From the NCBI GenBank assembly GCA_963932515.1, contig CAWVRT010000006.1, forward strand, positions 9,305 to 73,304: a stretch of DNA of 64,000 nt, given 5' to 3'. Both the position numbers and the translations under genes were made by a program. Shown piece by piece: positions 30,230 through 40,000 of the stretch (positions within the stretch are counted from its first letter, which is position 1; each line of letters begins with the position of its first letter). This DNA comes from an uncultured Chitinophagales bacterium. Its GTDB lineage: Bacteria > Bacteroidota > Bacteroidia > Chitinophagales > UBA8649. The notes below the pieces were generated by a model that was not told where the DNA came from, did no database searches, and saw only the letters and a list, made by a program, of their open reading frames with translations.

Positions 30230-30946
30230 ATGAAAAATAAATACGAAAAAATAGCATTAATAATGGCAATGGAAGGCGAAGCTTTACCAATTATTAAGCA
30301 TTACAATTTGAAGAAAATAGCATATCACAATCCAATAGAAGTATACGCAAATAAATCAGAAACGATCATTCTGAGTCTTAATGGAAAATCTAAAGAACAT
30401 GGCATTGACAATATAGGAACACAAGCGGCTACATTAAATGCCCATATTACAATACAAAATTATTCTCCAGGTTTAATCATTAATTGTGGAACAGCAGGTG
30501 GCTTTCTTTCTAAAGGCGCTAAAATTGGAGATACCTATATTGCAACTGAAAAAGTTTGTTTTCACGATAGAAGAATAGATTTACCTGGCGGTTTTAAAGA
30601 ATACGGATTAGGCAATTATCCAGTAATGAATAGTGATTTTTTGGCTGAAAAATTTAATCTGAAACAAGGAATTATTTCTAGTAGCGATGCTTTAGATTAT
30701 ACTGAAACAGATATGGAGATTTTTCATAGAAACAATGCCTCCGTAAAAGAGATGGAAGCTGCCGCAATAGCATGGGTTTGTCAATTACACAATCAAGAAT
30801 TTACAGCAATAAAAACGATTACCGACTTTGTAGATGGCGAACATTGTACGAGTAAAGAATTTCTAGCGAATTTTGAAATGGCTTCATTTGCACTCAAAAA
30901 AAGCATTGTAAAAGTGTTGGATTACTTACTAAAACAAGCTCAATAA
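30230..30946 (+). CDS. Nucleoside phosphorylase-family protein, 5'-methylthioadenosine/S-adenosylhomocysteine nucleosidase-like
   Basis: 238 aa. PNP/UDP-1 fold pattern (ALIMAMEGEA ... NCGTAGG ... VKEMEAAAIAWVC). Confidence 0.6.
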   Translation: MKNKYEKIALIMAMEGEALPIIKHYNLKKIAYHNPIEVYANKSETIILSLNGKSKEHGIDNIGTQAATLNAHITIQNYSPGLIINCGTAGGFLSKGAKIGDTYIATEKVCFHDRRIDLPGGFKEYGLGNYPVMNSDFLAEKFNLKQGIISSSDALDYTETDMEIFHRNNASVKEMEAAAIAWVCQLHNQEFTAIKTITDFVDGEHCTSKEFLANFEMASFALKKSIVKVLDYLLKQAQ

Positions 30947-30967
30947 ATATTTTCAGGAAAACAGCTT

Positions 30968-31357
30968 CTAATTTTCCTTTAATGTTTTCAAGGAAAGTAA
31001 ATAATACGTTACAGCAAAAGCAACTATCATTAGCAGTATCTTAATAGCCATAATTGGAATAAACCAGATTACAGAAGATCCAACCGCCAACCACATAGCA
31101 ACTAATGAGCTTATTTTAGTCATTCTAGTAATTCCATTTCCTTCTCGGAAATCTGTTATGTATTTACCAATATATTTATTACTGAGTAGTAGATTGTAAA
31201 ACTTATCAGAACTTTTACTGAAAAAATAAGCTGATAGTAATAAAAAAGGTGTAGTCGGTAATAACGGTAGAAATATACCAATTGTACCTAAAACTAGGGT
31301 TAAAAATCCTAGTAAGATTAGTACCCGTTTTATCCAAATATTTTCTGCTTTTTTCAA
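30968..31357 (-). CDS. YbaN/DUF454 family inner-membrane protein
   Basis: 129 aa with the motif GIFLPLLPTTPFLLLSAYFFSKSS. TTG start. Confidence 0.75.
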   Translation of the reverse strand: MKKAENIWIKRVLILLGFLTLVLGTIGIFLPLLPTTPFLLLSAYFFSKSSDKFYNLLLSNKYIGKYITDFREGNGITRMTKISSLVAMWLAVGSSVIWFIPIMAIKILLMIVAFAVTYYLLSLKTLKEN

Positions 31358-31377
31358 CTTTTATGCTTATTTTTTCT

Positions 31378-31385
31378 CAAATGTA
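31378..31385 (-). promoter_or_regulatory. Candidate -7 box TACATTTG for the ybaN-like gene
   Basis: Exact TAnnTTTG on the minus strand, 21 nt upstream of the TTG start. Confidence 0.45.
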
Positions 31386-31543
31386 GTTATTTACGCTTTA
31401 CTATTTGCATTATAATTCCAATACAAAAAGACCCCCTAAATTAAGTACTTAGGAGGTCTAAAAAAGAAACAAAGATAGCTTTTTACTACTAAAAGTGTAA
31501 TTTAAACGTAACTTCACCGTTAATGATGTAACTATTTATAATC

Positions 31544-31551
31544 TAATTTTG
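31544..31551 (+). promoter_or_regulatory. Candidate -7 box TAATTTTG for the VWA gene pair
   Basis: Exact TAnnTTTG, 37 nt before the TTG start at 31588. Confidence 0.4.
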
Positions 31552-31587
31552 GTACCCTTTTGATAATTATTACTTTTAAAAAAAGCT

Positions 31588-32946
31588 TTGCTTAAACATT
31601 TCATAATATTAATTTTTACGTTTTTCACTTTTACAATAGTAAAAGCACAGGAACCTGCCGAAAAAACTAGAATCTTATTTATTGTGGATTATTCTGGTAG
31701 TATGCAAGCCATGTGGGGAGACGATAAAAAACTAAACATAGCCAAACAGGTTCTTTTTAATTTAGCAGATAGTATTCAAAAGACTAATAATAAAATAGAA
31801 ATTGCGGTAAGAGTTTTCGGACATCAATCTCATAGAAGTAAAAATAATTGTAAAGATTCTAAACTAGAAGTAGCTTTTGCACCTAAAAATGCCGAAAATA
31901 TAAAAGAAGTATTTGATAGAATAATTGCCCAAGGAAACACACCAATTGCCTATTCTTTAATTGAATCTACTAAAGATTTCCCGGATGACAATCAATCTAT
32001 AAATTCTATTATTTTAATAACAGATGGTTTAGAAAACTGTGAAGGAGACCCTTGTGATGCCGTAGTAGAATTAAAGAAAAAGCGTGTTACTATCAACCCT
32101 TATATTATTGGGCTAGACATAGAATCTGAATTAATTAAAGATTTTGAGTGTATTGGTACTTTTGTAAATGCAAAAGATGAAGCTACGTTTACTAAAATAC
32201 TAGAAATTGCTGTTAGAAAAGTTACAGATAAAACTAGTGTAGAAATAAACCTTTTAAGTAAAGAAAAAAAACTGATCAGTAATACACCAATTACTTTTTA
32301 CAACCACTACACAGGAAAGATAGTTTACAACTTCATACATTCTTTAGACAAAAAAAGAAAGGCAGATACTGTTTTCTTAGACCCTAGAGGTGTTTTTGAT
32401 GTGGTAGTGCATACGTTTCCACCTATAAAAGTTGAAAACATAGAATTGACAGCGGGCATTCATAATGTGATCAATATTTCGGTGTTAAAAGGAAAGCTAG
32501 ATTTTAATTACGAAAAGGCTTATGACGATAAACAAATAGATTATGTTTTACGTTTTTTAAATGAAGATAAAATAGTTTACAATTACGGTCTTGAAGATAA
32601 TTATTTTGTATCCGACAAGTATAACTTAACAGTAACTACCCTACCTTTTAAAACAGAAAAAGTAAAAAATATTCCTATTGAAAGAGCTGTACATCAATTT
32701 ATAAAAGATAATGGAAAATTAACTATTGATATTAACTATTCAATTATAGCTAGCTTATACATTCAACGAAAAAATCGTTGGGAAATGGTTAAAGATTTTG
32801 GCACAATAGATTTCAAAAAAGAAATTAAACTTCAAACTGGAAAATATAAATTGGTTTTTATTAATAAACAAACAAAATATAGTCAACAAACTAAAGTAAG
32901 AAATTTTGAACTTTTTGAAAAGAAAACAGTCCTTATAGATAAATGA
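31588..32946 (+). CDS. Secreted VWA-domain protein (paralog 1) with C-terminal beta-sandwich-like repeats
   Basis: Signal peptide (..FTIVKAQE). MIDAS motif DYSGSM and ITDG. Conserved Cys pairs NCKDS / NCEGDPC. About 230-aa C-terminal region with three G.Y-type repeats. TTG is the only start that preserves the signal peptide. Confidence 0.75.
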   Translation: MLKHFIILIFTFFTFTIVKAQEPAEKTRILFIVDYSGSMQAMWGDDKKLNIAKQVLFNLADSIQKTNNKIEIAVRVFGHQSHRSKNNCKDSKLEVAFAPKNAENIKEVFDRIIAQGNTPIAYSLIESTKDFPDDNQSINSIILITDGLENCEGDPCDAVVELKKKRVTINPYIIGLDIESELIKDFECIGTFVNAKDEATFTKILEIAVRKVTDKTSVEINLLSKEKKLISNTPITFYNHYTGKIVYNFIHSLDKKRKADTVFLDPRGVFDVVVHTFPPIKVENIELTAGIHNVINISVLKGKLDFNYEKAYDDKQIDYVLRFLNEDKIVYNYGLEDNYFVSDKYNLTVTTLPFKTEKVKNIPIERAVHQFIKDNGKLTIDINYSIIASLYIQRKNRWEMVKDFGTIDFKKEIKLQTGKYKLVFINKQTKYSQQTKVRNFELFEKKTVLIDK

Positions 32947-34313
32947 AAAAAATAATTTCCATAACTATTATCTTCCTTTTTGTATTTTCCATAAAAGCAC
33001 AAGAAGAAATAGAACGAACTAATATACTTTTTGTTCTAGATGCTTCATTTAGCATGCGTAAAAATTGGGAAACAAAAAGTAAATGGACCATTGCCAAAGA
33101 AACATTGGTGGATGTTGCAGATAGTTTAAAGGCTAGAATGGGAGATAATGTGTATTTTGGCATTAGAGCCTATGGACACCAATCAATGCCTGTTAAAAAT
33201 GATTGTAAAGATTCTGAACTAATCCTTCAGATTGCTAATAATAGCATTTCTACATTAAAATCAACTTTAGAAGGAATATCCCCTAAAGGAATAACTCCTT
33301 TAGCGTATTCTTTACAACAAACTCAAACTGACTTCAAAGGTTACAAAGGAAAAAATATTCTTATTTTAATAACTGATGGTGTTGAAAGCTGCAAAGGAGA
33401 TCCTTGCAATATATTGAGGATATTAATAGATAATAAAATTATCTTAAAACCATTTGTAATTGGTGTAAATATTCCGATTGCATCACTACAAGCTTATGCG
33501 TGCATTGGAGCTGCAGTTTATAGTGAAAACTCACAAAAAGATTTTAAAAAAAACTTGCAAAGATCTATCGATAAAGCGCTAACTTATACCTCTCTTCAAG
33601 TTAATCTATTAGACACTAAGAATCAAGCTACTCAAAGTAATAAAACTATGTTTTTTTATCGCAAAAAAGACAATAAACTAAAATATACTTTTTACCATAA
33701 ATTAAATATGGGTGTATCAGATACTTTATATTTAGAACCAGACGAATACAGCGTAGAAGTACAAAGTATTCCACCTGTTGTTTCTGAATATTTTACTTTA
33801 GCTGCTGCGAAGCACAATATTGTCAATCTAAAAGTTCCAACAGGAACCTTACAATTTATTACTACCAATGTAAATGGTGAAACTATAAGCTTAACAAAAC
33901 CATCAAAGTATTTGATTAAAAAACAAGGTGAAAACGATTATTTACATCAAGAGTATTTTGAGAATGAACAATCGTATTTAGTTGGAAAATATGATGTTGA
34001 CATCTTGAGTTTACCTCCTATTCAAACCACTATAGAAATTAAAGATAAAGAGCAGAAAGTGATAGCAATTCCTGCTCCTGGATTTATACATATAAAATCT
34101 AAATATCCTTTGCATGGTGCATTCTTTATAAAAAATGTGGAAAGCTTGATAAATATTTATTCATTAAAACCAAATACTACGCAAGAACTTTTAGCTTTGC
34201 AGCCTGGTAATTATGAACTAGTCTTTCGCTTTTCAAAAGAAAGAAAAATGATGAAAACCAAAACGATTGCTTTCACTATAAAAGCAAGCACCGTAAGTAA
34301 AATAGAATTGTAA
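32943..34313 (+). CDS. Secreted VWA-domain protein (paralog 2)
   Basis: Same architecture as the upstream gene: signal peptide, DASFSM, GHQS, DCKDS, ITDGVESCKGDPC, and three C-terminal repeats. Its ATG overlaps the upstream stop (ATGA). Confidence 0.8.
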   Translation: MKKIISITIIFLFVFSIKAQEEIERTNILFVLDASFSMRKNWETKSKWTIAKETLVDVADSLKARMGDNVYFGIRAYGHQSMPVKNDCKDSELILQIANNSISTLKSTLEGISPKGITPLAYSLQQTQTDFKGYKGKNILILITDGVESCKGDPCNILRILIDNKIILKPFVIGVNIPIASLQAYACIGAAVYSENSQKDFKKNLQRSIDKALTYTSLQVNLLDTKNQATQSNKTMFFYRKKDNKLKYTFYHKLNMGVSDTLYLEPDEYSVEVQSIPPVVSEYFTLAAAKHNIVNLKVPTGTLQFITTNVNGETISLTKPSKYLIKKQGENDYLHQEYFENEQSYLVGKYDVDILSLPPIQTTIEIKDKEQKVIAIPAPGFIHIKSKYPLHGAFFIKNVESLINIYSLKPNTTQELLALQPGNYELVFRFSKERKMMKTKTIAFTIKASTVSKIEL

Positions 34314-34349
34314 AACCTATAGATTTAAACATCTACAAACACACAAAAT

Positions 34350-35312
34350 ATGTCAAAATTAGATCAATACAAAGATGATGAAATTAAAGATACTCGTTCT
34401 GGATTTGGAGCTGCGATGGATATCTTAGGAGATACTAACGAAAATGTTATAGCAATGTGTGCCGATTTAACAGGTTCGTTAAAATTAAATGATTTTGCAA
34501 AAAATCATCCGGAAAGATTTATACAAGCAGGAATTGCAGAAGCAAATATGATTGGTATGGCTGCAGGTTTAGCCATTGCTGGAAAAATTCCATTTGCTAC
34601 TTCTTTTGCTGAGTTTGTTACTGCGAGAGTTTATGATCAAGTTCGTCAATCTGTAGCATACTCCAATAAAAATGTAAAGATTGCTGCTTCTCATGCAGGT
34701 TTAACTTTAGGCGAAGATGGTGCTACGCATCAAACATTAGAAGATTTAGGTTTAATGAAAATGTTACCAGGTTTCACTGTAATAAACACTTGTGACTATA
34801 ACCAAACTAAAGCGGCAACTTTAGCTGTAGCTGAAATGGTTGGCCCTGTATACTTAAGGTTTGGTAGACCAAAAGTTCCAAACTTTACTGAATCAGATCA
34901 GAAATTTGAAATAGGAAAAGGGGTTATGCTAAATGAAGGAAATGATGTGACTATTGTAGCTACAGGTCATTTAGTATGGGAAGCAATTGTTGCTGCAAGA
35001 GAATTAGAAGCGAAAGGTTTTTCTTGTGAAGTAATTAATATTCACACAATCAAACCCTTAGACGATAGAATTATTTTAAATTCTGTTGCTAAAACAAAAT
35101 GTATTGTCGTAGCAGAAGAGCATCAAAAACTAGGTGGTTTAGGTGGAAGTATTTCTACGCTTTTAGCAGAAAATAGACCTTGCCCTATAGAATTTGTTGC
35201 TGTAGATGATAAGTTTGGAGAAAGTGGAAAACCTGCAGAATTAATGGAGAAATATGGCTTGTCTTCTAGCAATATTATTGCTGCAGCAGAAAAAGTAATG
35301 AAAAGAAAATAA
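34350..35312 (+). CDS. Transketolase, C-terminal (pyrimidine-binding + C-terminal domain) subunit of a split enzyme
   Basis: 320 aa. Carries IAEANMIGMAAGLA and the GEDGATHQ motif. No N-terminal TPP-binding subunit is adjacent. Confidence 0.8.
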   Translation: MSKLDQYKDDEIKDTRSGFGAAMDILGDTNENVIAMCADLTGSLKLNDFAKNHPERFIQAGIAEANMIGMAAGLAIAGKIPFATSFAEFVTARVYDQVRQSVAYSNKNVKIAASHAGLTLGEDGATHQTLEDLGLMKMLPGFTVINTCDYNQTKAATLAVAEMVGPVYLRFGRPKVPNFTESDQKFEIGKGVMLNEGNDVTIVATGHLVWEAIVAARELEAKGFSCEVINIHTIKPLDDRIILNSVAKTKCIVVAEEHQKLGGLGGSISTLLAENRPCPIEFVAVDDKFGESGKPAELMEKYGLSSSNIIAAAEKVMKRK

Positions 35313-35330
35313 TTTTCAAAAAAAATCATA

Positions 35331-35365
35331 AAAAAACGTCATTATATTCTAAATGACGTTTTTTT
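35331..35365. terminator. Bidirectional rho-independent terminator between the transketolase subunit and rlmB
   Basis: Perfect stem AAAAAACGTCATT / AATGACGTTTTTT with loop ATATTCTA. A-run and T-run flanks. Confidence 0.75.
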
Positions 35366-35390
35366 ATTTTAAGTAATAATTTTACAAAAA

Positions 35391-36161
35391 TTAAAACTTC
35401 TCGTTTCTCTGATTTGCAACTTCATATAACATGACACCACAAGAAACAGAAACATTTAAAGAATCCACTTTCCCAGACATTGGAATAATAAATTTCTCAT
35501 CACATTTAGAACCTATTACAGCTCCCATTCCATCACCTTCACTACCGATAACTAAAGCCATTGGTCTTCTAAAGTTCATTTCTTGAATAGGCGTTTTACT
35601 TTCTAAAGAAGATCCAATAAGTGCAATACCGTTTAATTTTAAGTATGCCATTGCAGATTCTAAACTTTCTGTTCTACAGATAGTCATATCTTTTAAAGTA
35701 TTTGCACTAGCTTTTACAGATTCATGATTTATTTGCGCACTCCCTTTTAACGGTACAATTAAAGCATCTGCACCAAACGCCAAAGCACTTCTTGCAATAG
35801 CACCAACATTACGTACATCTGTAACATTGTCTAATAATACAAATAACACATCTTTTCCTTTATATATTACAGAATGTAAAACATCATCAATGTTTGCATA
35901 TTCTATAGGACTATAAATTCCCATTACTCCCTGATGGTTAATAAAACCACCTGGCATTAAAGGATTTAGTAAATAGTTTATTTTTTCTTTCGGAACGATA
36001 TTGATAGGGATAACTTTTCCTTTACATAATTCACGAATTTCTGAATATTCGCCACCATGCTTTCCTCTCAATATAAATACTTTATCTATAGATTTTCCAG
36101 ACTTTAGTATTTCTAAAGTTTCGTCTTTTCCGAAAAATACATCTCTTCTTTTTAGAGCCAT
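35391..36161 (-). CDS. rlmB: 23S rRNA (guanosine-2'-O)-methyltransferase, SpoU/TrmH family (RlmB-like)
   Basis: 256 aa. SpoU substrate-binding N-terminus and trefoil-knot motifs NVGAIARSA, VIGSEGDGM and SLNVSVSCGV. Confidence 0.7.
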   Translation of the reverse strand: MALKRRDVFFGKDETLEILKSGKSIDKVFILRGKHGGEYSEIRELCKGKVIPINIVPKEKINYLLNPLMPGGFINHQGVMGIYSPIEYANIDDVLHSVIYKGKDVLFVLLDNVTDVRNVGAIARSALAFGADALIVPLKGSAQINHESVKASANTLKDMTICRTESLESAMAYLKLNGIALIGSSLESKTPIQEMNFRRPMALVIGSEGDGMGAVIGSKCDEKFIIPMSGKVDSLNVSVSCGVMLYEVANQRNEKF

Positions 36162-36209
36162 TTTATTTAATTATTATATAAGTCCTACGCTGCAGGAAAT
36201 TAATTGATA

Positions 36210-37091
36210 TTATTTTCTCTTCAACACATACAGTACCGAAGAAGATTTTTTTACATCTATTGTTTCATTAACAAAGGAAACCAAGCCAATAAAAGGTGCT
36301 ACTAATTTACCTAAAAATGATTGTGTGCTCAATAAAGAAACATAGAATGCATCAAAAGGTAGCCCATACATTTTCACTAATTCAAAATTGTGCTTTTCTG
36401 CTAACGCTTTTAAAGACGCTGGATTGAAATGCCATAAATGTTTTGGCATATCCCAAGCAGCCCATTTTTCTTTATAAAAAGAAGCATCTAAAGAATCATG
36501 ATTTGGAACGGCAATAAACACTTTCCCATCGTCATTCAATAATTTTTTAAAATGCTCAAAGTATAAATTCAATTCATGTACATGTTCTAAAACATGCCAC
36601 ATAGTAATTGCATTAAATTTCTTTCCTTCTTTAAACAAAGGTGTAAAATTATCTATTAAATCAATACCATTTTTAGCTTTTGCAATCTCTCTTGCACTTT
36701 CTTCCGGTTCAAAACCGAATACTTGCCAACCGTTATTTTTAAGGTTTGCCAAAAAATAACCTGTTGCTGCGCCAATATCTAAAACACTTCCTTTTTTTGT
36801 ATGGTTTTCTACCCAAGCACGCTTCTTGTTCAGCATGTGTTCACGTACTTTATGATACACTTTAAAAAACAAGCCTTCATTTGTATCTGTATGCGAAACA
36901 TAATCTGAATGACGATAGTACACCGCAATATCTTCCTGATCGGGAACATCTTGCGTAAAAGAAAAGCTACATTTTGAACATTTTACTATTTCAAAATATT
37001 TTTTACTATATCCCCAATCTTGCGCATTTAAGTAATGAGTAAAAAATTTACTATCGCAAACAGGACAGTTATTATAATGAATATTAGCCAT
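36210..37091 (-). CDS. Class I SAM-dependent methyltransferase with an N-terminal 4-Cys zinc ribbon
   Basis: CPVCDS...CSKCSF, followed by SAM motif I VLDIGAATGYF. Lies 3 nt downstream of the DUF2723 gene. Confidence 0.75.
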   Translation of the reverse strand: MANIHYNNCPVCDSKFFTHYLNAQDWGYSKKYFEIVKCSKCSFSFTQDVPDQEDIAVYYRHSDYVSHTDTNEGLFFKVYHKVREHMLNKKRAWVENHTKKGSVLDIGAATGYFLANLKNNGWQVFGFEPEESAREIAKAKNGIDLIDNFTPLFKEGKKFNAITMWHVLEHVHELNLYFEHFKKLLNDDGKVFIAVPNHDSLDASFYKEKWAAWDMPKHLWHFNPASLKALAEKHNFELVKMYGLPFDAFYVSLLSTQSFLGKLVAPFIGLVSFVNETIDVKKSSSVLYVLKRK

Positions 37092-37094
37092 TAA

Positions 37095-40000
37095 TTATTG
37101 GAATTTAGCTGAATACTCCACCAATAATTCACTTAATTCTTTAGCAAATGCTGGATCTTCATATTGATAATTTCTAGACATTGCTTGCAATAAATATAAA
37201 TATTCACTTACTTCTCTTTTACGAGAAAAAGAACCTTTAGCATAAGATCTACTTTTATCATTGTAAACACGAACCATGTAATCTAATTCATCTTTACAAA
37301 TTAGTACTATTTCTTCTGTTAACTTTCTAGCTTTTAACTTCTGTACATCTGTTTCTGCACCTTCAGCATTTTTTGCCGAAGAAGAACTTGCTTTCAAATA
37401 AATTGAAGGAATATTTGCATGAAAATAATTTGCATGAATTTTATCTAAAGGAAGTACGGCCATTAATTTATCTGCAACTTCTGCAGCGGTTTCATAATCG
37501 CCTTCTTTAGCATATTCATCAGCTAATTTAGCAAAATTACTTACTAAATTTTGTGTCATTCTCATGATGTTTTCATTCAAATAAACATTAGGATTTTCAG
37601 CGACTTTTCCCCATTTGAATTTATTCATCATGTTGTCGTACATTTTCGCAGTTCTAATTGGAGCGGTTGTAGGTTGCCCACCTGGGTTTACAACAGGTAC
37701 TATTCTATAAGTTAAGCCTTCTTGTTGAAAATACTTTTGAAACCCTAAATAAGCACTTGGCGCAACAGAAATAGCAAAATATATTGGTCTTTCGTTTATG
37801 TTGTTTGCAATGATATCGATTGTCAATAAATCGTTTTTCATTAAATTAGCTTTAGCAATATCAACATTTAATGCTGGTAAAATCATTGAATCTGCAGCAT
37901 CAGTCATATCCATAGTTCTTACAGCTTCTGCGCTTACAGGAAAGCTCATTTTTCTAGTAGGGTTATAATAAGAATAATTTGATTGTGCTTTTATCTTTGG
38001 ATCATCTTTGGCAATAAATTTCATAATGTCTTGTGCATTATAATATTTATTTTTATCGATATTAGGGTTGTTTATATACGGTGTATAATCTCTATTATTT
38101 GCACGGATCATATCTGGCGTAAAAGTCAATTTCAAATAGGGTGCATCATTCATTTTGTATCTTAATTGATCTATATACCAATCTACACCTAATAAACTTA
38201 CATTAATAACTCTAACATCTGTTCTTATACCTTCTACTTCCTGTGCATACCAAAGTGGATAAGTATCGTTATCTCCTTGCGTAAAAATAATTGCATTTGG
38301 TGCACAAGATTCTAAGTAGTTTGTTGCCATATCTACAGGAATAGTTCTAAAATCTCTATTGTGGTCATCCCATCCTTGAGAACCCATTAATACAGGAGCA
38401 ATAATAGCTATAGCAAATGCTAAAGGGGCAGCTATTTTACCATTTATCTTTTTACTAAACAAATCGAACATTGCGTAAACAGACATCCCCAGCCACATAG
38501 CATAAATAAACAAAGATCCCACAATTACATAATCTCTTTCTCTAGGCTCTATTGGTGGTTGATTTCCATAAACAATAAAGAATGTACCTGCTGTTAAAAA
38601 CATCACTAAAACAGTAGTGGCAATTCGCCAATCTTTTTTAAATAGCCAATAAAAACCAATTAAGCCTAAAAGGAAAGGAATAGCATAAAACTTATTATGA
38701 GCTTTATTAAATTCTCTTTTCTTAGATAAATTATCTTGTGTCCATTTTGGACTTCCCCAAAGGTGAATATTATTATCAATGGCATTAATACCTGTTATCC
38801 AACTACCGTCTGCATTAGCATAGGTTCCTTGAATATCATTTTGTCTTCCAGAAAAATTCCACATAAAATATCTAAAATACATGAAGCCCATTTGGTAGTT
38901 GAAGAAGAACTTAATGTTGTCTCCCCAAGATAAATCATCAACTACTCTATATCTTGCACTACCATACCTTCCTTCGCCTTTAGCGTTCTGCTGTTGCACA
39001 TAAGCATTAGCTTGATCTATTTGGTTAGATTTAAATTTAGCAACATTCTTTTTAGTTTCTCTATCATATATATTATACTCTGGTTGCATCCATGCTCTAT
39101 AAGCATTTATTTTTCCTTGATCATTTAAAACACCTAATCTCGGGAAAAACATTTTAGCGTCAGACTTTACAACATAGTCAAACTTACCATCTTTTACCAT
39201 TACATCATACTCATTTTTTCCTTTAGAAATAATATCTCTAACATTGGCTTTCTTAAAGTTATTTCCTTGAATTTCGTAATCATCTTGAGGGAACATAGTA
39301 TAATCAGGACCAAAAAGTAAAGGTCTTTCTCCATACTGCTCTCTATTCAAGTAAGATAACATGGTAAAAGGATCTGTTGGTCTGTTCATATTGATTGGAG
39401 GATTTGCCTCTGAACGAATAGGCACCATTAAAAATGAAGAATACCCAATTATTACAAATACTAAACTTAACACAGCTCTTTCAATTCCTGAACTAGTAAC
39501 TCTTAACCCTAAAACTGATTGATTGATTTCTTTTTTGTTGATATAACTTAAAATAAATATGATTAAAGCAATTACAACTAAAGAAACAAAGACAACACCA
39601 CTATTAAAAGGTAGGCCAAAACTATTTACAAATAACTTATCAAATTTTGCATATAAACTAGGGAATCCCGAGATTACTCCTTTCATTACTATTCCTATAA
39701 TTAAGAATGAAGTAATAAAAGCAATAATAGCTCCTTTAATGCTAAATTCGTATTTCTTTAAGTAAAAGATAAGCGCTGTAAAAGGAATTGCTAACAAACT
39801 CAACAAGTGAACACCCGTAGATAGACCAATCATAAATGCTATTAAAAGTAACCATCTATCTGCGGTAGGACTATCATCTGCATCCCATTTCATTGTAGCC
39901 CAAATCACAAAAGTCATAAAAAACATAGACAAAGCATAAACTTCACCTTCTACTGCTGAAAACCATAAAGAATCTAAGAACGTAATACTTAAACCAGCTA

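Noticed and set aside
31449-31459. AGGAGG inside the spacer hairpin as a Shine-Dalgarno site for a hidden small ORF
   Set aside because: No start codon follows at a suitable distance. Bacteroidota generally do not rely on SD sequences, and the motif is simply one arm of the hairpin.
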